From an uncultured delta proteobacterium (GTDB lineage: Bacteria; Desulfobacterota; Binatia; HRBIN30; BPIQ01): a stretch of DNA of 64,000 bases. Positions 26,248-35,340 of this stretch are shown here, piece by piece (position 1 is the first letter of the stretch; each line of letters starts with the position of its first letter). The DNA is taken from contig CAVXGR010000024.1 of the NCBI GenBank assembly GCA_963761335.1, forward strand, positions 160,001-224,000, written 5' to 3'. A model generated the notes under the pieces. The model did no database searches. It worked only from the letters and a program-made list of their open reading frames with translations, and had not been told where the DNA came from. The translations under genes and the position numbers were made by a program.

Positions 26248-27045
26248 CTATCCCTGTAGGTTTTCGACCACCAGGTCTGCCACCTGTGACGAGAAGATCA
26301 GGCTCGCGTGGCCGAGGTCGCGCAGCTGGATGTTGAAGGCGCGCGGATAGTAGGCGTTCTCCGGTGGCAGAACGACGGCGTCGAAATGCGACTGGATGGC
26401 GACGATATCGATCTCGTCCGGCAGCGAAGCCTGCGCCCGCAGCTCGGCGATACAGGCGGACAGTGGGTGGAGATCCGCGAGCGGCGAGCGGCGCGGCGCC
26501 AGCCAGGTCCCCTGATGGGCCGTGCCGATGGTGATCAGCTTGCCGAGCTCGACGCCGCGGCGGGCCGCGGCCCAGCGCCGAGCCACCAGGCCGCCGGTGC
26601 CGCAGGCCACCAGGCTGACCTCGCGGGGCTCGGCCCGCTGTAGCTCGGCGAGATACAGAGCCAGCGCCGCGGCAGCGCGGCCGACGCCGAGCAGCGGTCC
26701 GCGAAACGCGTACACCTCGTAGCCCCGATCCGCGAGACGGCGGGCGAGGGGCCGCAGGGCGCCCCGGTTCAGCAGCAGGCCGGGGACCAGGACCACTCTG
26801 CCGGCGGTGCCGGACGTCGGCGGAAAGCCGAGTGGGGCCAGCGGCATGGCACCCAGGGCGGCGAGGCTCGCGGCGCACTCGCGGGAGAAGGCAAAGGCGG
26901 CGTGCAGCGGCGTCAGCGGATCCTCCGCCTCGCCCGGGCAGGCGTCCGGGTCGCGATGGGTCCACTGGCGCCGGGCGTAGAGAACGGCATTGGCGCTGAG
27001 CGAGGCGGCGGCGCAGAGACAGACCGCGAGCACGAGCCAGTTCAT
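26248..27045 (-). CDS. Alpha/beta-hydrolase-fold protein lacking the canonical nucleophile
   Basis: VVLVPGL, LVACGTGGLVAR elbow, ITIGTAHQGT, DAVV, LGHASL. N-terminal TM. The longer ORF start runs into repeat DNA. Confidence 0.75.
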   Translation of the reverse strand: MNWLVLAVCLCAAASLSANAVLYARRQWTHRDPDACPGEAEDPLTPLHAAFAFSRECAASLAALGAMPLAPLGFPPTSGTAGRVVLVPGLLLNRGALRPLARRLADRGYEVYAFRGPLLGVGRAAAALALYLAELQRAEPREVSLVACGTGGLVARRWAAARRGVELGKLITIGTAHQGTWLAPRRSPLADLHPLSACIAELRAQASLPDEIDIVAIQSHFDAVVLPPENAYYPRAFNIQLRDLGHASLIFSSQVADLVVENLQG

Positions 27046-27096
27046 CTCCGGGGGCTTAACCCGGAGAGGCGCAGGGCGCAATTCCCCGACATTTTC

Positions 27097-27348
27097 GAGT
27101 ACTGCCCTGAGTCGGGGAACATGCCCCAATGACAACGACTGCGGTTGTCTTCACGACGGTGCGAGCGCGGGTTCCCTCTCTCCCGCATCTTCTCGCGGGA
27201 GAGGGTGGGGGCGCCGATCTCTTTGAACGTCGCAGAAATCATACACTCTCGATCCTCTCCCCGCGGAAAAAAATGCGGGGAGAGGAGACCTTTCCCGGAG
27301 CCGGGGAAGCACAACAGGAAGGTCGGATCGGCAATTTAGACACCACCC
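27097..27348. mobile_element. MITE family B, copy 1
   Basis: Imperfect TIRs GAGTACTGCCCTGAGT / AATTTAGACACCACCC, flanked by a 6-bp direct repeat ATTTTC. Highly similar to 61611-61886. Confidence 0.85.
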
Positions 27349-27506
27349 ATTTTCGGTTCTCATTTTCGGTTCTCATTTTCGGTTCTCATCCCGTCGTCTT
27401 CCATTCGCTCTGGCAGCTGCGACTAACCCGCAGCTGACCGGATCTCACGCGGCTCGCAGAACAATGGAAAACGACGGAATGAGAACCGGGAATGATGGAA
27501 TGGAGA
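27349..27506. repeat. Palindromic repeat family A, copy 2
   Basis: (ATTTTCGGTTCTC)x3 ATCCCGTCGTCTTCCATT ... AATGGAAAACGACGGAATGAGAACCGGG. Confidence 0.8.
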
Positions 27507-27575
27507 CGGAGGCTGCTTGGAAGCCGCGCCCTCCCGGTTGCTTTTTCCCCGGCCTCTCGCCCATCATCCGCGGCG

Positions 27576-28661
27576 ATGACGAGACGGGGTGCCGACTTCG
27601 CGGTGATCATGGCTGGAGGGCAGGGCACGCGCTTCTGGCCGTGGAGCCGGCGCAAACGCCCGAAGCAGCTGCTGCCGATCGCCGGGCGGCGCACGCTGTT
27701 GCAGGAGACGGTGGGCCGCCTGCGCGGCCTGGTCTCGCTCAAGCGGACACTGGTGGTGACCGGGGCGGCGCATGCCGCCGCGGTGCGCCGCCAGCTGCCG
27801 TCACTGTCCCCGGCCAACCTCATCGTCGAGCCCGCGGGGCGCAACACGGCGCCGTGCATCGGCTTGGCCGCGGCCGCGATTGCGGCACGCAGCCGCGATG
27901 GGGCGATGCTGGTTCTGCCGGCGGATCACAACATCGCCGATGCCCCCGGGTTTCGCGCCGCGGCGGCGCGCGCCCTGGAGATCGCCCGCCGCCAGGACTG
28001 CCTGGTCACCCTCGGCGTGCGACCGACGTATGCGGAGACCGGCTACGGCTACATCGAGGTCGGCGCCGAGCTCGACGGCGGGGCGCCGCGGGCCTTCGAT
28101 GTGCGGCGCTTTCACGAGAAGCCGGAGCGCCGCGTCGCCGAGAGATACGTTTCCGGCGGCGGCTACCTGTGGAACGCCGGCATGTTCGCCTGGCGCGTCG
28201 AGGTGATCGATGCGGCCCTGCGCCGCTACCTCCCCGAGGTCGCTGCGGCGCTGGCGCCGGTGCGCGCCGCCGCCGGCGAAGGGGCGCGGCGCCGCGCCGT
28301 CCGCCGCGCCTATGCCGCCATCGCCTCGATATCGATCGACAAGGGTGTCATGGAGCGCACCGAGGGGGTCGCCGTGGTCGAGGCCGACTTCGGCTGGAGC
28401 GACGTCGGCAGCTGGGACGCCATGCCGGCGGTGTGGGGCACCGACGCCAGCGGCAATGCCCTGCGCGGCGAGGTGGTGGCCATCGACAGCACCGGCTCGG
28501 TGGTGCGCGGTGGCCGGCGAATGGTGGCGCTCCTCGGCGTGCGCGACCTGGTGGTGGTCGACACCGACGATGCGATCCTCGTGTGCCGCCGGGAGAACGC
28601 CCAGGAAGTGCGCCGGGTCGTCGAAGAGCTCGCCCGCCGCAAGCGGCTCGACCTCCTCTGA
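27576..28661 (+). CDS. manC: Mannose-1-phosphate guanylyltransferase
   Basis: IMAGGQGTRFWPWSR, EPAGRNTAP, PADH, FHEKP, WNAGMF, WSDVGSW. Confidence 0.93.
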   Translation: MTRRGADFAVIMAGGQGTRFWPWSRRKRPKQLLPIAGRRTLLQETVGRLRGLVSLKRTLVVTGAAHAAAVRRQLPSLSPANLIVEPAGRNTAPCIGLAAAAIAARSRDGAMLVLPADHNIADAPGFRAAAARALEIARRQDCLVTLGVRPTYAETGYGYIEVGAELDGGAPRAFDVRRFHEKPERRVAERYVSGGGYLWNAGMFAWRVEVIDAALRRYLPEVAAALAPVRAAAGEGARRRAVRRAYAAIASISIDKGVMERTEGVAVVEADFGWSDVGSWDAMPAVWGTDASGNALRGEVVAIDSTGSVVRGGRRMVALLGVRDLVVVDTDDAILVCRRENAQEVRRVVEELARRKRLDLL

Positions 28662-28758
28662 ATCGGGGATAGTGGGTCATGAGACCTTGCGGTTCAGCGC
28701 CGCCGCCGGCGCGGATCTGTGCTATGGTCGGCGGCGTTTCAGTTCGGGAGATGTGAGG

Positions 28759-31365
28759 ATGAGCAAACCAGCCCTGCGCGTGATCACCGGCGGCAAGCCG
28801 CCGCCGCGGCCGCAGCCGTCGATGAACCTCTTCATGTCGCTGCTGTGCCGCTGGGTGATGGCGCAAGTGCGCCTGGAGCCCGAGGCGGTGGCGCGGCTGC
28901 GGAGCCTGAACGAGCAGGGGGCTGCCGTCTACGTGATGCGCTATCGCTCGCTGGTCGACTACCTCCTGGTCACCTACCTGCTCATGCGCGAGGGCCTCCC
29001 GGCTCCCGAGTTCGGCAACGAGATTCCCACGCTGCTGCTGCGGCCCCTCGGCGAGATCGTCTCGACCCTGTGGCGCCGGCTGCGCGCCTGGAAGTTCTTC
29101 GGCCGTGAGCTGCGGCGCTTCGAGGACCGCGACCGCTGCCAGCGGCTGGTGGCGCAGAGCCGACCGGTCGTCATCTTCATACGCCATCGCGCCGCCGGGA
29201 TGCGCTGGCCGCGGCGCTCGCGCCGGGCGATTCGCGAGCGCCGCCGTGGCTCCGACTACCTCCGCGAGGTGGTGCACAGCCTCTGGCAGCGGGATCAGCG
29301 GGTCTTCCTCGTGCCTCTGGCAGTGATTCGCGGCAAGGGATTCCGCCGCCGGGAGTCGCGCATCGCCACGCTTCTCTACAGCGTGCAGGAGGCGCCGGGA
29401 GAGGCCAAGCGCCTCTTCTCCCTCGCCTGGAACCGCGAGGACTCGCAGCTCAGCGTCGGCACCGAGATTCCGCTGCGGGAGTTCATGGAGCTGCACCGCC
29501 AGGAGGGCGAGGAGCGCATCGTGCGGCGGCTGGCGCGGGCTCTGCAGATCTTCTTGCACCGCGAGGAACGCGTGGTGTGGGGGCCGACGCTGCTGCCCAA
29601 GCGCGAGGTGCGCCAGCAGGTATTGCAGGGAGCCGATCTGGCCGCCGTGGTTCGCCAGGTGGCGCGCCAGCGCAAGGAGCCGGAATCGAAGGTGTGGCGC
29701 ACGGCGGAGCGCTACTTCGACGAGATGGCGGCCAACTTCCACGGCCCGTACTTCACCATCCTCGAGTACGCCTTCAACCGCATCTGGCCGCGCGTCTTTC
29801 AGGGCCTGGAGTACAGCGGCCTGGAGCGGGTCATCGAGTGCGTCAAGAAGGGGCCCGTGGTGCTGGTGCCGTGTCACCGCAGCCACTTCGACTACCTGAT
29901 CCTCTCCTACATCTTTCACAACAACTATCTGAGCCCGCCGCACATCGCCGCCGGCATCAACCTGTCCTTCTGGCCGCTGGGGCCCCTGTTCCGCGGCGCC
30001 GGAGCCTTCTTCATCCGCCGCTCCTTCGAGGGCAACCCGCTCTACAAGGCCGTCTTTCGCAGCTATCTCACCTTCTTGATCCGCGAGGGCTACACCCAGG
30101 AGTTCTTCATCGAAGGGGGTCGCAGCCGCACCGGGAAGATCCTCACCCCGAAGCTCGGGATGCTGTCGGCGATCGTCAACACCTTCGTCGAGGGCGTGCG
30201 CCGCGATCTCTACCTGGTGCCGGTGTCGATCCACTATGGGCGCGTCGTCGAAGACGAGTCCTACTCCCGCGAGCTCTCGGGGGCCGAGAAGGAAGAGGAA
30301 TCGCTCGGGACGCTCATCAAGGCGCGCGCCGTCCTGCGCCAGCGCTACGGCACCGCCTATGTGACCTTTGCCGAGCCGATCTCGCTCAACACCGCCCTCG
30401 GGGCGCGCAAGGAGCAGTATCGCCAGGCGAAGGGCAACCCCGTCGTCGAAGAGGATCAGCGGCGGTTCATCCGCAAGCTCGGCTTCCGGCTCCTGCGCGA
30501 CGTCAACGAGGCAACGGTGGTGGGTGCCACCTCGGTCAGCTCTACCGTGCTGCTCAGCTCGCCGTACCCGGCAACCCGTTCGGCCGATTTTCTCATGGCC
30601 GCGCAGGCGCTGGTGCGCTTTCTGCGCGACCGCGGCGTGCCGCTCACCGCCTCGCTGGAGCGCAATTCCGCCGAGGACTTTCGCGAGAGCATCGGCTTCC
30701 TGGAGAGCGGCGGCCTGATCCAGCGCATCCCCGACGTCGAGGCGCCGGTGCTCTACGTGCCGCCGCAGAAGCGCATGATTCTCGATTTCTACAAGAACAA
30801 CAGCATCCACGCCTTTCTGCTGGCGTCGCTGCTGGCGCGTGGCCTGGTGGCCGGGATCCGCGGCCCGGCTCTGAAGGACGATGTCTCCTGGTGGCTGGAC
30901 ATGTTCCGCTGGGAGTTTGCCCTGCCGGAGCGGGAGGACCTGGCCGCCGAGCTCGGAGAGCTTCTCGAGTACTTTCGCTCCCACGGCGTTCTCGCCGTGG
31001 GCGACGGCGAATCGGTGGACGCGGGCCACCCACTCGTGCGCGCCACCCTGGGGTTGGTCGACAACTTCCAGGAAGCGTACTGGGTGGCGGCGCGCACCCT
31101 GCTCGAAGTGGAGCGGCCGACGTCGCGCAAGGCGGTGATCGACCGCATGCGCAAGCGCTACGAGACCTCGTTGCTGCTCGGCGAGGTGCGCAAGCCGGAG
31201 GGCAACTCGACGGTGACGCTGGGCAACGCCCTCGATCGCTTCCGCGAGATGGGACTGATCAGCATTCAGGACGCCGCCAAGAGCCGCGACCGCACCGTGC
31301 GCCCGGGGGCGGCATGGTCGGATCTGGCCGGCGTCATCGCCCATCTGTCGCCCCAAACTCCCTGA
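28759..31365 (+). CDS. plsB: Glycerol-3-phosphate acyltransferase (PlsB-like)
   Basis: HRSHFD, GAFFIRR, FFIEGGRSRTGK acyltransferase blocks. Confidence 0.88.
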   Translation: MSKPALRVITGGKPPPRPQPSMNLFMSLLCRWVMAQVRLEPEAVARLRSLNEQGAAVYVMRYRSLVDYLLVTYLLMREGLPAPEFGNEIPTLLLRPLGEIVSTLWRRLRAWKFFGRELRRFEDRDRCQRLVAQSRPVVIFIRHRAAGMRWPRRSRRAIRERRRGSDYLREVVHSLWQRDQRVFLVPLAVIRGKGFRRRESRIATLLYSVQEAPGEAKRLFSLAWNREDSQLSVGTEIPLREFMELHRQEGEERIVRRLARALQIFLHREERVVWGPTLLPKREVRQQVLQGADLAAVVRQVARQRKEPESKVWRTAERYFDEMAANFHGPYFTILEYAFNRIWPRVFQGLEYSGLERVIECVKKGPVVLVPCHRSHFDYLILSYIFHNNYLSPPHIAAGINLSFWPLGPLFRGAGAFFIRRSFEGNPLYKAVFRSYLTFLIREGYTQEFFIEGGRSRTGKILTPKLGMLSAIVNTFVEGVRRDLYLVPVSIHYGRVVEDESYSRELSGAEKEEESLGTLIKARAVLRQRYGTAYVTFAEPISLNTALGARKEQYRQAKGNPVVEEDQRRFIRKLGFRLLRDVNEATVVGATSVSSTVLLSSPYPATRSADFLMAAQALVRFLRDRGVPLTASLERNSAEDFRESIGFLESGGLIQRIPDVEAPVLYVPPQKRMILDFYKNNSIHAFLLASLLARGLVAGIRGPALKDDVSWWLDMFRWEFALPEREDLAAELGELLEYFRSHGVLAVGDGESVDAGHPLVRATLGLVDNFQEAYWVAARTLLEVERPTSRKAVIDRMRKRYETSLLLGEVRKPEGNSTVTLGNALDRFREMGLISIQDAAKSRDRTVRPGAAWSDLAGVIAHLSPQTP

Positions 31366-31387
31366 CCGTGCGGTGAATACGGATCAA

Positions 31388-31417
31388 TTGACTTCCGCGG
31401 CGGCTTGTCCATATCCT
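31388..31417 (+). promoter_or_regulatory. Putative sigma70 promoter
   Basis: TTGACT-N18-TATCCT. Confidence 0.3.
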
Positions 31418-31429
31418 CACGTATAAGTC

Positions 31430-32218
31430 ATGTCCCGGCGGAAGCCACCGCACGCCCGAGGCTGGCTTTGCCTCTGGGTAATCGTCGCGATCGCGTCCTG
31501 CAGCCAAGCTGACCGCACCGAAGTGGAAGTGGAGGTGCGCAACATTGGCATGGACGAGGTATCGGGCTCGCCCGTGGTGGTATTGCAGGACAAGCGCCAG
31601 CGGCTCGCCCTGCCGATCTGGATCGGCCCCGCCGAGGCGCAGGCGATCGCCGTGGAGATGCAGGGCGTCAAGCCGCCGCGGCCGATGACGCACGATCTGA
31701 TGAAGAACGCCCTCGAGGAGGCCGGTGTGCAGTTCGACCGCGCCGTCATCGTCGAGCTTCAGGACGCCACTTATCTGGCGCAGATCCATCTCCGCGAAGG
31801 GAAACGCGAGTTTCAGGTCGATAGCCGGCCGAGCGACGCCATCGCCCTGGCGGTGCGCTTCGGTGGGCCGATCTATGTGGCGCGGGCGCTGCTCGAGGGC
31901 GATTCGAGCATCGATCTCCGCCGCGTGCTCGGCAGCGAGGCACGCAACCTGCGCGGCATCACCGTGCAGCCACTGTCCCAGGACCTGGCGGCGATCTTCC
32001 ATCTTCCGGAGGGGCGCGGCGTGCTGGTATCGGGGGTCCAGAACGGGGTGGCGGGGCTGCATCGCGGCGACGTCATCGTTGCGGTCGACGGCAAGGCAGT
32101 GGCCGACGTCGGCGATCTCAGCGACAAGCTCGATGCCGCGGGTGCGGCCTCCGTGGACCTCGAGGTACGGCGCGGCGAGCGCCAGCTTCACGTGGCGCTG
32201 CAGGGCGAAGGGAACTGA
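31430..32218 (+). CDS. Bifunctional nuclease (DUF151) fused to PDZ, with N-terminal signal/lipobox-like segment
   Basis: LPIWIGPAEAQAI, RPMTHDL, DSRPSDAIALA. C-terminal GLHRGDVIVAVDG PDZ. Confidence 0.85.
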   Translation: MSRRKPPHARGWLCLWVIVAIASCSQADRTEVEVEVRNIGMDEVSGSPVVVLQDKRQRLALPIWIGPAEAQAIAVEMQGVKPPRPMTHDLMKNALEEAGVQFDRAVIVELQDATYLAQIHLREGKREFQVDSRPSDAIALAVRFGGPIYVARALLEGDSSIDLRRVLGSEARNLRGITVQPLSQDLAAIFHLPEGRGVLVSGVQNGVAGLHRGDVIVAVDGKAVADVGDLSDKLDAAGAASVDLEVRRGERQLHVALQGEGN

Positions 32219-32330
32219 TGGCGGCGCGCCGCCGCATGGTTTGACGTCTATGTCTGGTCGTGACAGAAATGCGTTATACACCGAGACCACATTTGACTTG
32301 CCGGACCGCGTGTACTAAGCGGCCGGAGAT

Positions 32331-32678
32331 TTGAGCGAGGAGCGACAGAGCGAGGACGGAAGCACCGCCGAGCGACGAGTCGAGGAGCTGACGCTGGAGA
32401 TCGCCAGGTTGATCAATTCGGCGGACCCAGCAGACCGCGACGAGATGCGGGCCCAGGTGAGCGCCGTCCTGCGAGAAGAGACCCAGAGCGTTGAAGAGGA
32501 GCAAACAGCCGAAGCCAGGCCGGCGTCGAATCAGTTCAATCCGCTGGGCATCGGGATACCCGTCTTTTTCATGGGCGGCGTCATGCTTGTCATCTTCCCG
32601 CCGGTCGGCCTGCTGCTGCTGTGTGCGGCGGCGTTACTGGTGATCTGGGGGCTGATCGCGACGATGCTCAGGCGATAA
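32331..32678 (+). CDS. Hypothetical membrane protein (C-terminal TM hairpin)
   Basis: TTG start after GGAG. Acidic helical N-half, hydrophobic C-half. 17 bp upstream of the Rieske gene. Confidence 0.6.
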   Translation: MSEERQSEDGSTAERRVEELTLEIARLINSADPADRDEMRAQVSAVLREETQSVEEEQTAEARPASNQFNPLGIGIPVFFMGGVMLVIFPPVGLLLLCAAALLVIWGLIATMLRR

Positions 32679-32695
32679 CAGCAAAGGAAAGGACG

Positions 32696-33289
32696 ATGGC
32701 CAGAAAAGAGCTGACAGCGGAAGAGCAATCCGTTCTCGAAGAGCGCCGACGCGATGAACAGCAGCGGGAGCGCGCCAAACGGGACCGAGAGCGCGCCGCG
32801 ATGTCCAGCCTCTGGTCGCGGCGCGATTTCTTCGGCAGGCTCGGCTGGGGCGGGTTCGGTGTCTTCTCCGGAATGGCGCTCCTCGGCTTCGTGCGCTCCG
32901 CCTTTCCGCGGGTCCTCTTCGTGCCGCCGGCGACCTTCAAGGCGGGCTTTCCGAATGACTACGCCGTCGGCGAGGTCAGTGACAAGTACAAGAAGGAGCA
33001 CCGCGTGTGGATCGTGCGCACGCCGGAGGGCTTTTACGCCCTGTTCGCCAAGTGCACGCATCTCGGCTGCACGCCGCGTTGGCTGGCGGTGGAACAGAAG
33101 TTCAAGTGTCCTTGCCACGGCAGCGGCTATCGCAAGAGCGGGATCAACTTCGAGGGGCCGGCGCCGCGCCCACTCGAGCGCTTCCGCATCACGCTCGCCG
33201 ACGACGGCGAGATTCTCGTCGACATGAGCGTCAAGTACCGCTACGAGAGGGGCGACTGGGGCAAGCCGGGTGCCTTTCTGAACGCGTGA
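32696..33289 (+). CDS. qcrA: Rieske [2Fe-2S] subunit of quinol:cytochrome c reductase
   Basis: Tat motif SRRDFF, CTHLGC, CPCHGSGY, GPAPRPL. Confidence 0.93.
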   Translation: MARKELTAEEQSVLEERRRDEQQRERAKRDRERAAMSSLWSRRDFFGRLGWGGFGVFSGMALLGFVRSAFPRVLFVPPATFKAGFPNDYAVGEVSDKYKKEHRVWIVRTPEGFYALFAKCTHLGCTPRWLAVEQKFKCPCHGSGYRKSGINFEGPAPRPLERFRITLADDGEILVDMSVKYRYERGDWGKPGAFLNA

Positions 33290-33335
33290 GCGCGGCGGCG
33301 GCAACGGCGGCCGCGGGGGGATGGGTCCGAGACAG

Positions 33336-34106
33336 ATGAGCAAGTGGGAAGAGATCAAGCAGCAGATCGTCGAGTCGCAGGTGTGGCAGTCGATCTTCCG
33401 GCACGGCTACGACGATACGCCGCGCAACCGGATCCTCATGGTGTCCGGCAACATCTGGCTGCACCTGCATCCGTCGAAGGTGCGGCGCCACGCGGTGCGC
33501 ATGCGTTTCACCTGGTGCATGGGGGGGATCACCTTCCTGATGTTCCTGGTCACGGTGGTGACCGGCGTCTACCTGATGTTCTATTACCGGCCGACCGCCG
33601 AGTACGCCTACGCGGACATGAAGTATCTCGAGTTCGACATGCCGTTCGGGATGCTCATGCGCAACATGCATCGCTGGGCGGCGCACGGCATGGTGATCGC
33701 CGTGTGGCTGCACATGTTTCGCGTCTTTCTCAGTGGATCCTACAAGCCGCCGCGCGAGTTCAACTGGGTGGTCGGCGTCCTGCTCCTGGTGCTGACCCTG
33801 CTGCTGAGCTTCACCGGCTACCTGCTGCCCTGGGACCAGCTGTCGGTCTGGGCGGTCACCGTGGGCTCGAACATGGGGCGGGCGACGCCGCTGCTCGGCA
33901 GTGAGGGGCCGTTCTCCCAGTACACCGGAGTGAACCCGATCTACGACGCTCGCGCCTTTCTCTTCGGCGGCGGTGAGGTCGGCACCCACACGCTTCTGCG
34001 CTTCTACATTCTGCACTGCATCTTCTTCCCGCTGATCGCCAGCCTCTTCATGGCGGTGCACTTCTGGCGCATCCGCCGCGACGGCCTGTCGGGACCACCC
34101 GTCTGA
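33336..34106 (+). CDS. qcrB: Cytochrome b N-terminal (b6-like) subunit
   Basis: WCMGG, HRWAAH, TGYLLPWDQ, LLRFYILH...VHF heme ligands. Confidence 0.93.
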   Translation: MSKWEEIKQQIVESQVWQSIFRHGYDDTPRNRILMVSGNIWLHLHPSKVRRHAVRMRFTWCMGGITFLMFLVTVVTGVYLMFYYRPTAEYAYADMKYLEFDMPFGMLMRNMHRWAAHGMVIAVWLHMFRVFLSGSYKPPREFNWVVGVLLLVLTLLLSFTGYLLPWDQLSVWAVTVGSNMGRATPLLGSEGPFSQYTGVNPIYDARAFLFGGGEVGTHTLLRFYILHCIFFPLIASLFMAVHFWRIRRDGLSGPPV

Positions 34107-34138
34107 CGTCGCGCGACATCGTTGGGGGGCATGCGAGA

Positions 34139-34237
34139 ATGCGCGTACTCATTCTGCCAATGCTGATGGCGGGCATCATCTACCTTCTCTACTGGGTGGC
34201 GCGGCCGAAGAGGCCGCACTCGAAGGACAATGGCTGA
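34139..34237 (+). CDS. Putative 32-aa single-TM peptide (not in ORF track)
   Basis: MRVLILPMLMAGIIYLLYWVARPKRPHSKDNG. Stop overlaps the next ATG (ATGGCTGA). Confidence 0.45.
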   Translation: MRVLILPMLMAGIIYLLYWVARPKRPHSKDNG

Positions 34238-35087
34238 CGAGAATAAAGCGGCTCTGCGGACCGCGGGGGCAGGGGGCGGTGCCGCCGCCCGGTCCGGCGC
34301 GGGAGTTTCACCGAAACGCGTCGAGGTGCCCATCCGCAAGGCGGCGGGGCCCGGGGACGACAAGATTCACACCTGGCCGCACCTGGTGCGCGCCGAGTTT
34401 CTCTGTGCGGTGTTCGTCGTCATCCTGCTGATCGTCTGGTCGCTTCTGGTCGACGCCCCGCTCGAGGAGCCGGCCAACCCGACGCGCACGCCGAACCCCT
34501 CCAAGGCGCCGTGGTACTTCCTGGGCCTCCAGGAGATGCTGGTCTTCTTCGATCCGTGGCATGCGGGCGTGGTGTTGCCGAGCCTGATCATCATGGGCCT
34601 CATGGTGATTCCGTACATCGACATCAATCCGCGCGGCAACGGCTACTACACCTTCAAAGAGCGCAAGTTCGAGATTCTCACCTTCCTCGCCGGCTTCGAG
34701 GTCCTCTGGGTGTCGCTGATCATCATCGGCACCTTCATGCGCGGCCCGGGGTGGAACTGGTTCTGGCCCTGGCAGCCGTGGGATCCGCACAAGGTCGAGG
34801 CGATGACCAACGTCGACCTGCCGTACCTGTTTGGCTTCCGCGACTACTGGTGGTCGGCTGCTTTCGGCGGCTCGCTGATCGTCGGCTTCTTCGTGCTCGG
34901 CACCATCAGCATGTACGCCTGGGTGATCTGGCTCAAGGGAAAGGCCTTCATGGAGCGCTGGGGAATGCCGCGCTTCATGCTGACGTCGTTTCTGTTTCTC
35001 AACATGGTGGCGGTCGTGGTGAAAATGCTCTTGCGACACGCATTCAATGTGAAGTACGTCCTGGTCACACCTTGGATCAACATCTGA
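34230..35087 (+). CDS. Cytochrome b subunit IV-like (PetD-like) with extra C-terminal TM helices
   Basis: TWPHL, APLEEPANP..TPNPSKAPWYFLGLQE, PYID. Confidence 0.85.
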   Translation: MADENKAALRTAGAGGGAAARSGAGVSPKRVEVPIRKAAGPGDDKIHTWPHLVRAEFLCAVFVVILLIVWSLLVDAPLEEPANPTRTPNPSKAPWYFLGLQEMLVFFDPWHAGVVLPSLIIMGLMVIPYIDINPRGNGYYTFKERKFEILTFLAGFEVLWVSLIIIGTFMRGPGWNWFWPWQPWDPHKVEAMTNVDLPYLFGFRDYWWSAAFGGSLIVGFFVLGTISMYAWVIWLKGKAFMERWGMPRFMLTSFLFLNMVAVVVKMLLRHAFNVKYVLVTPWINI

Positions 35088-35160
35088 ACCTCATATCCAT
35101 TCAATCAGACGGAAGTGCACGGGATTCGACAGACCTCGCGCTGGCGCGGACGGGACGGGG

Positions 35161-35331
35161 ATGTTTTACCTGGCGAAGCTGATGCAGGCGGTCGGCTGCG
35201 TGGACGTCGGCTATGCCCTCTGGGTCGGCCTGTCCGACGAGCAGGGGATGGGCAGGGAGCTCAAGATCGCCCTGGTGGGTATCGCGGTGTTTTATTTGGG
35301 ACGACTACTCGAGAGTCGCTTATCGGCATAG
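35161..35331 (+). CDS. 56-aa two-TM protein (not in ORF track)
   Basis: MFYLAKLMQAVGCVDVGYALWVGLSDEQGMGRELKIALVGIAVFYLGRLLESRLSA. Ends 9 bp before the next gene. Confidence 0.65.
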   Translation: MFYLAKLMQAVGCVDVGYALWVGLSDEQGMGRELKIALVGIAVFYLGRLLESRLSA

Positions 35332-35340
35332 GGGACCAGT

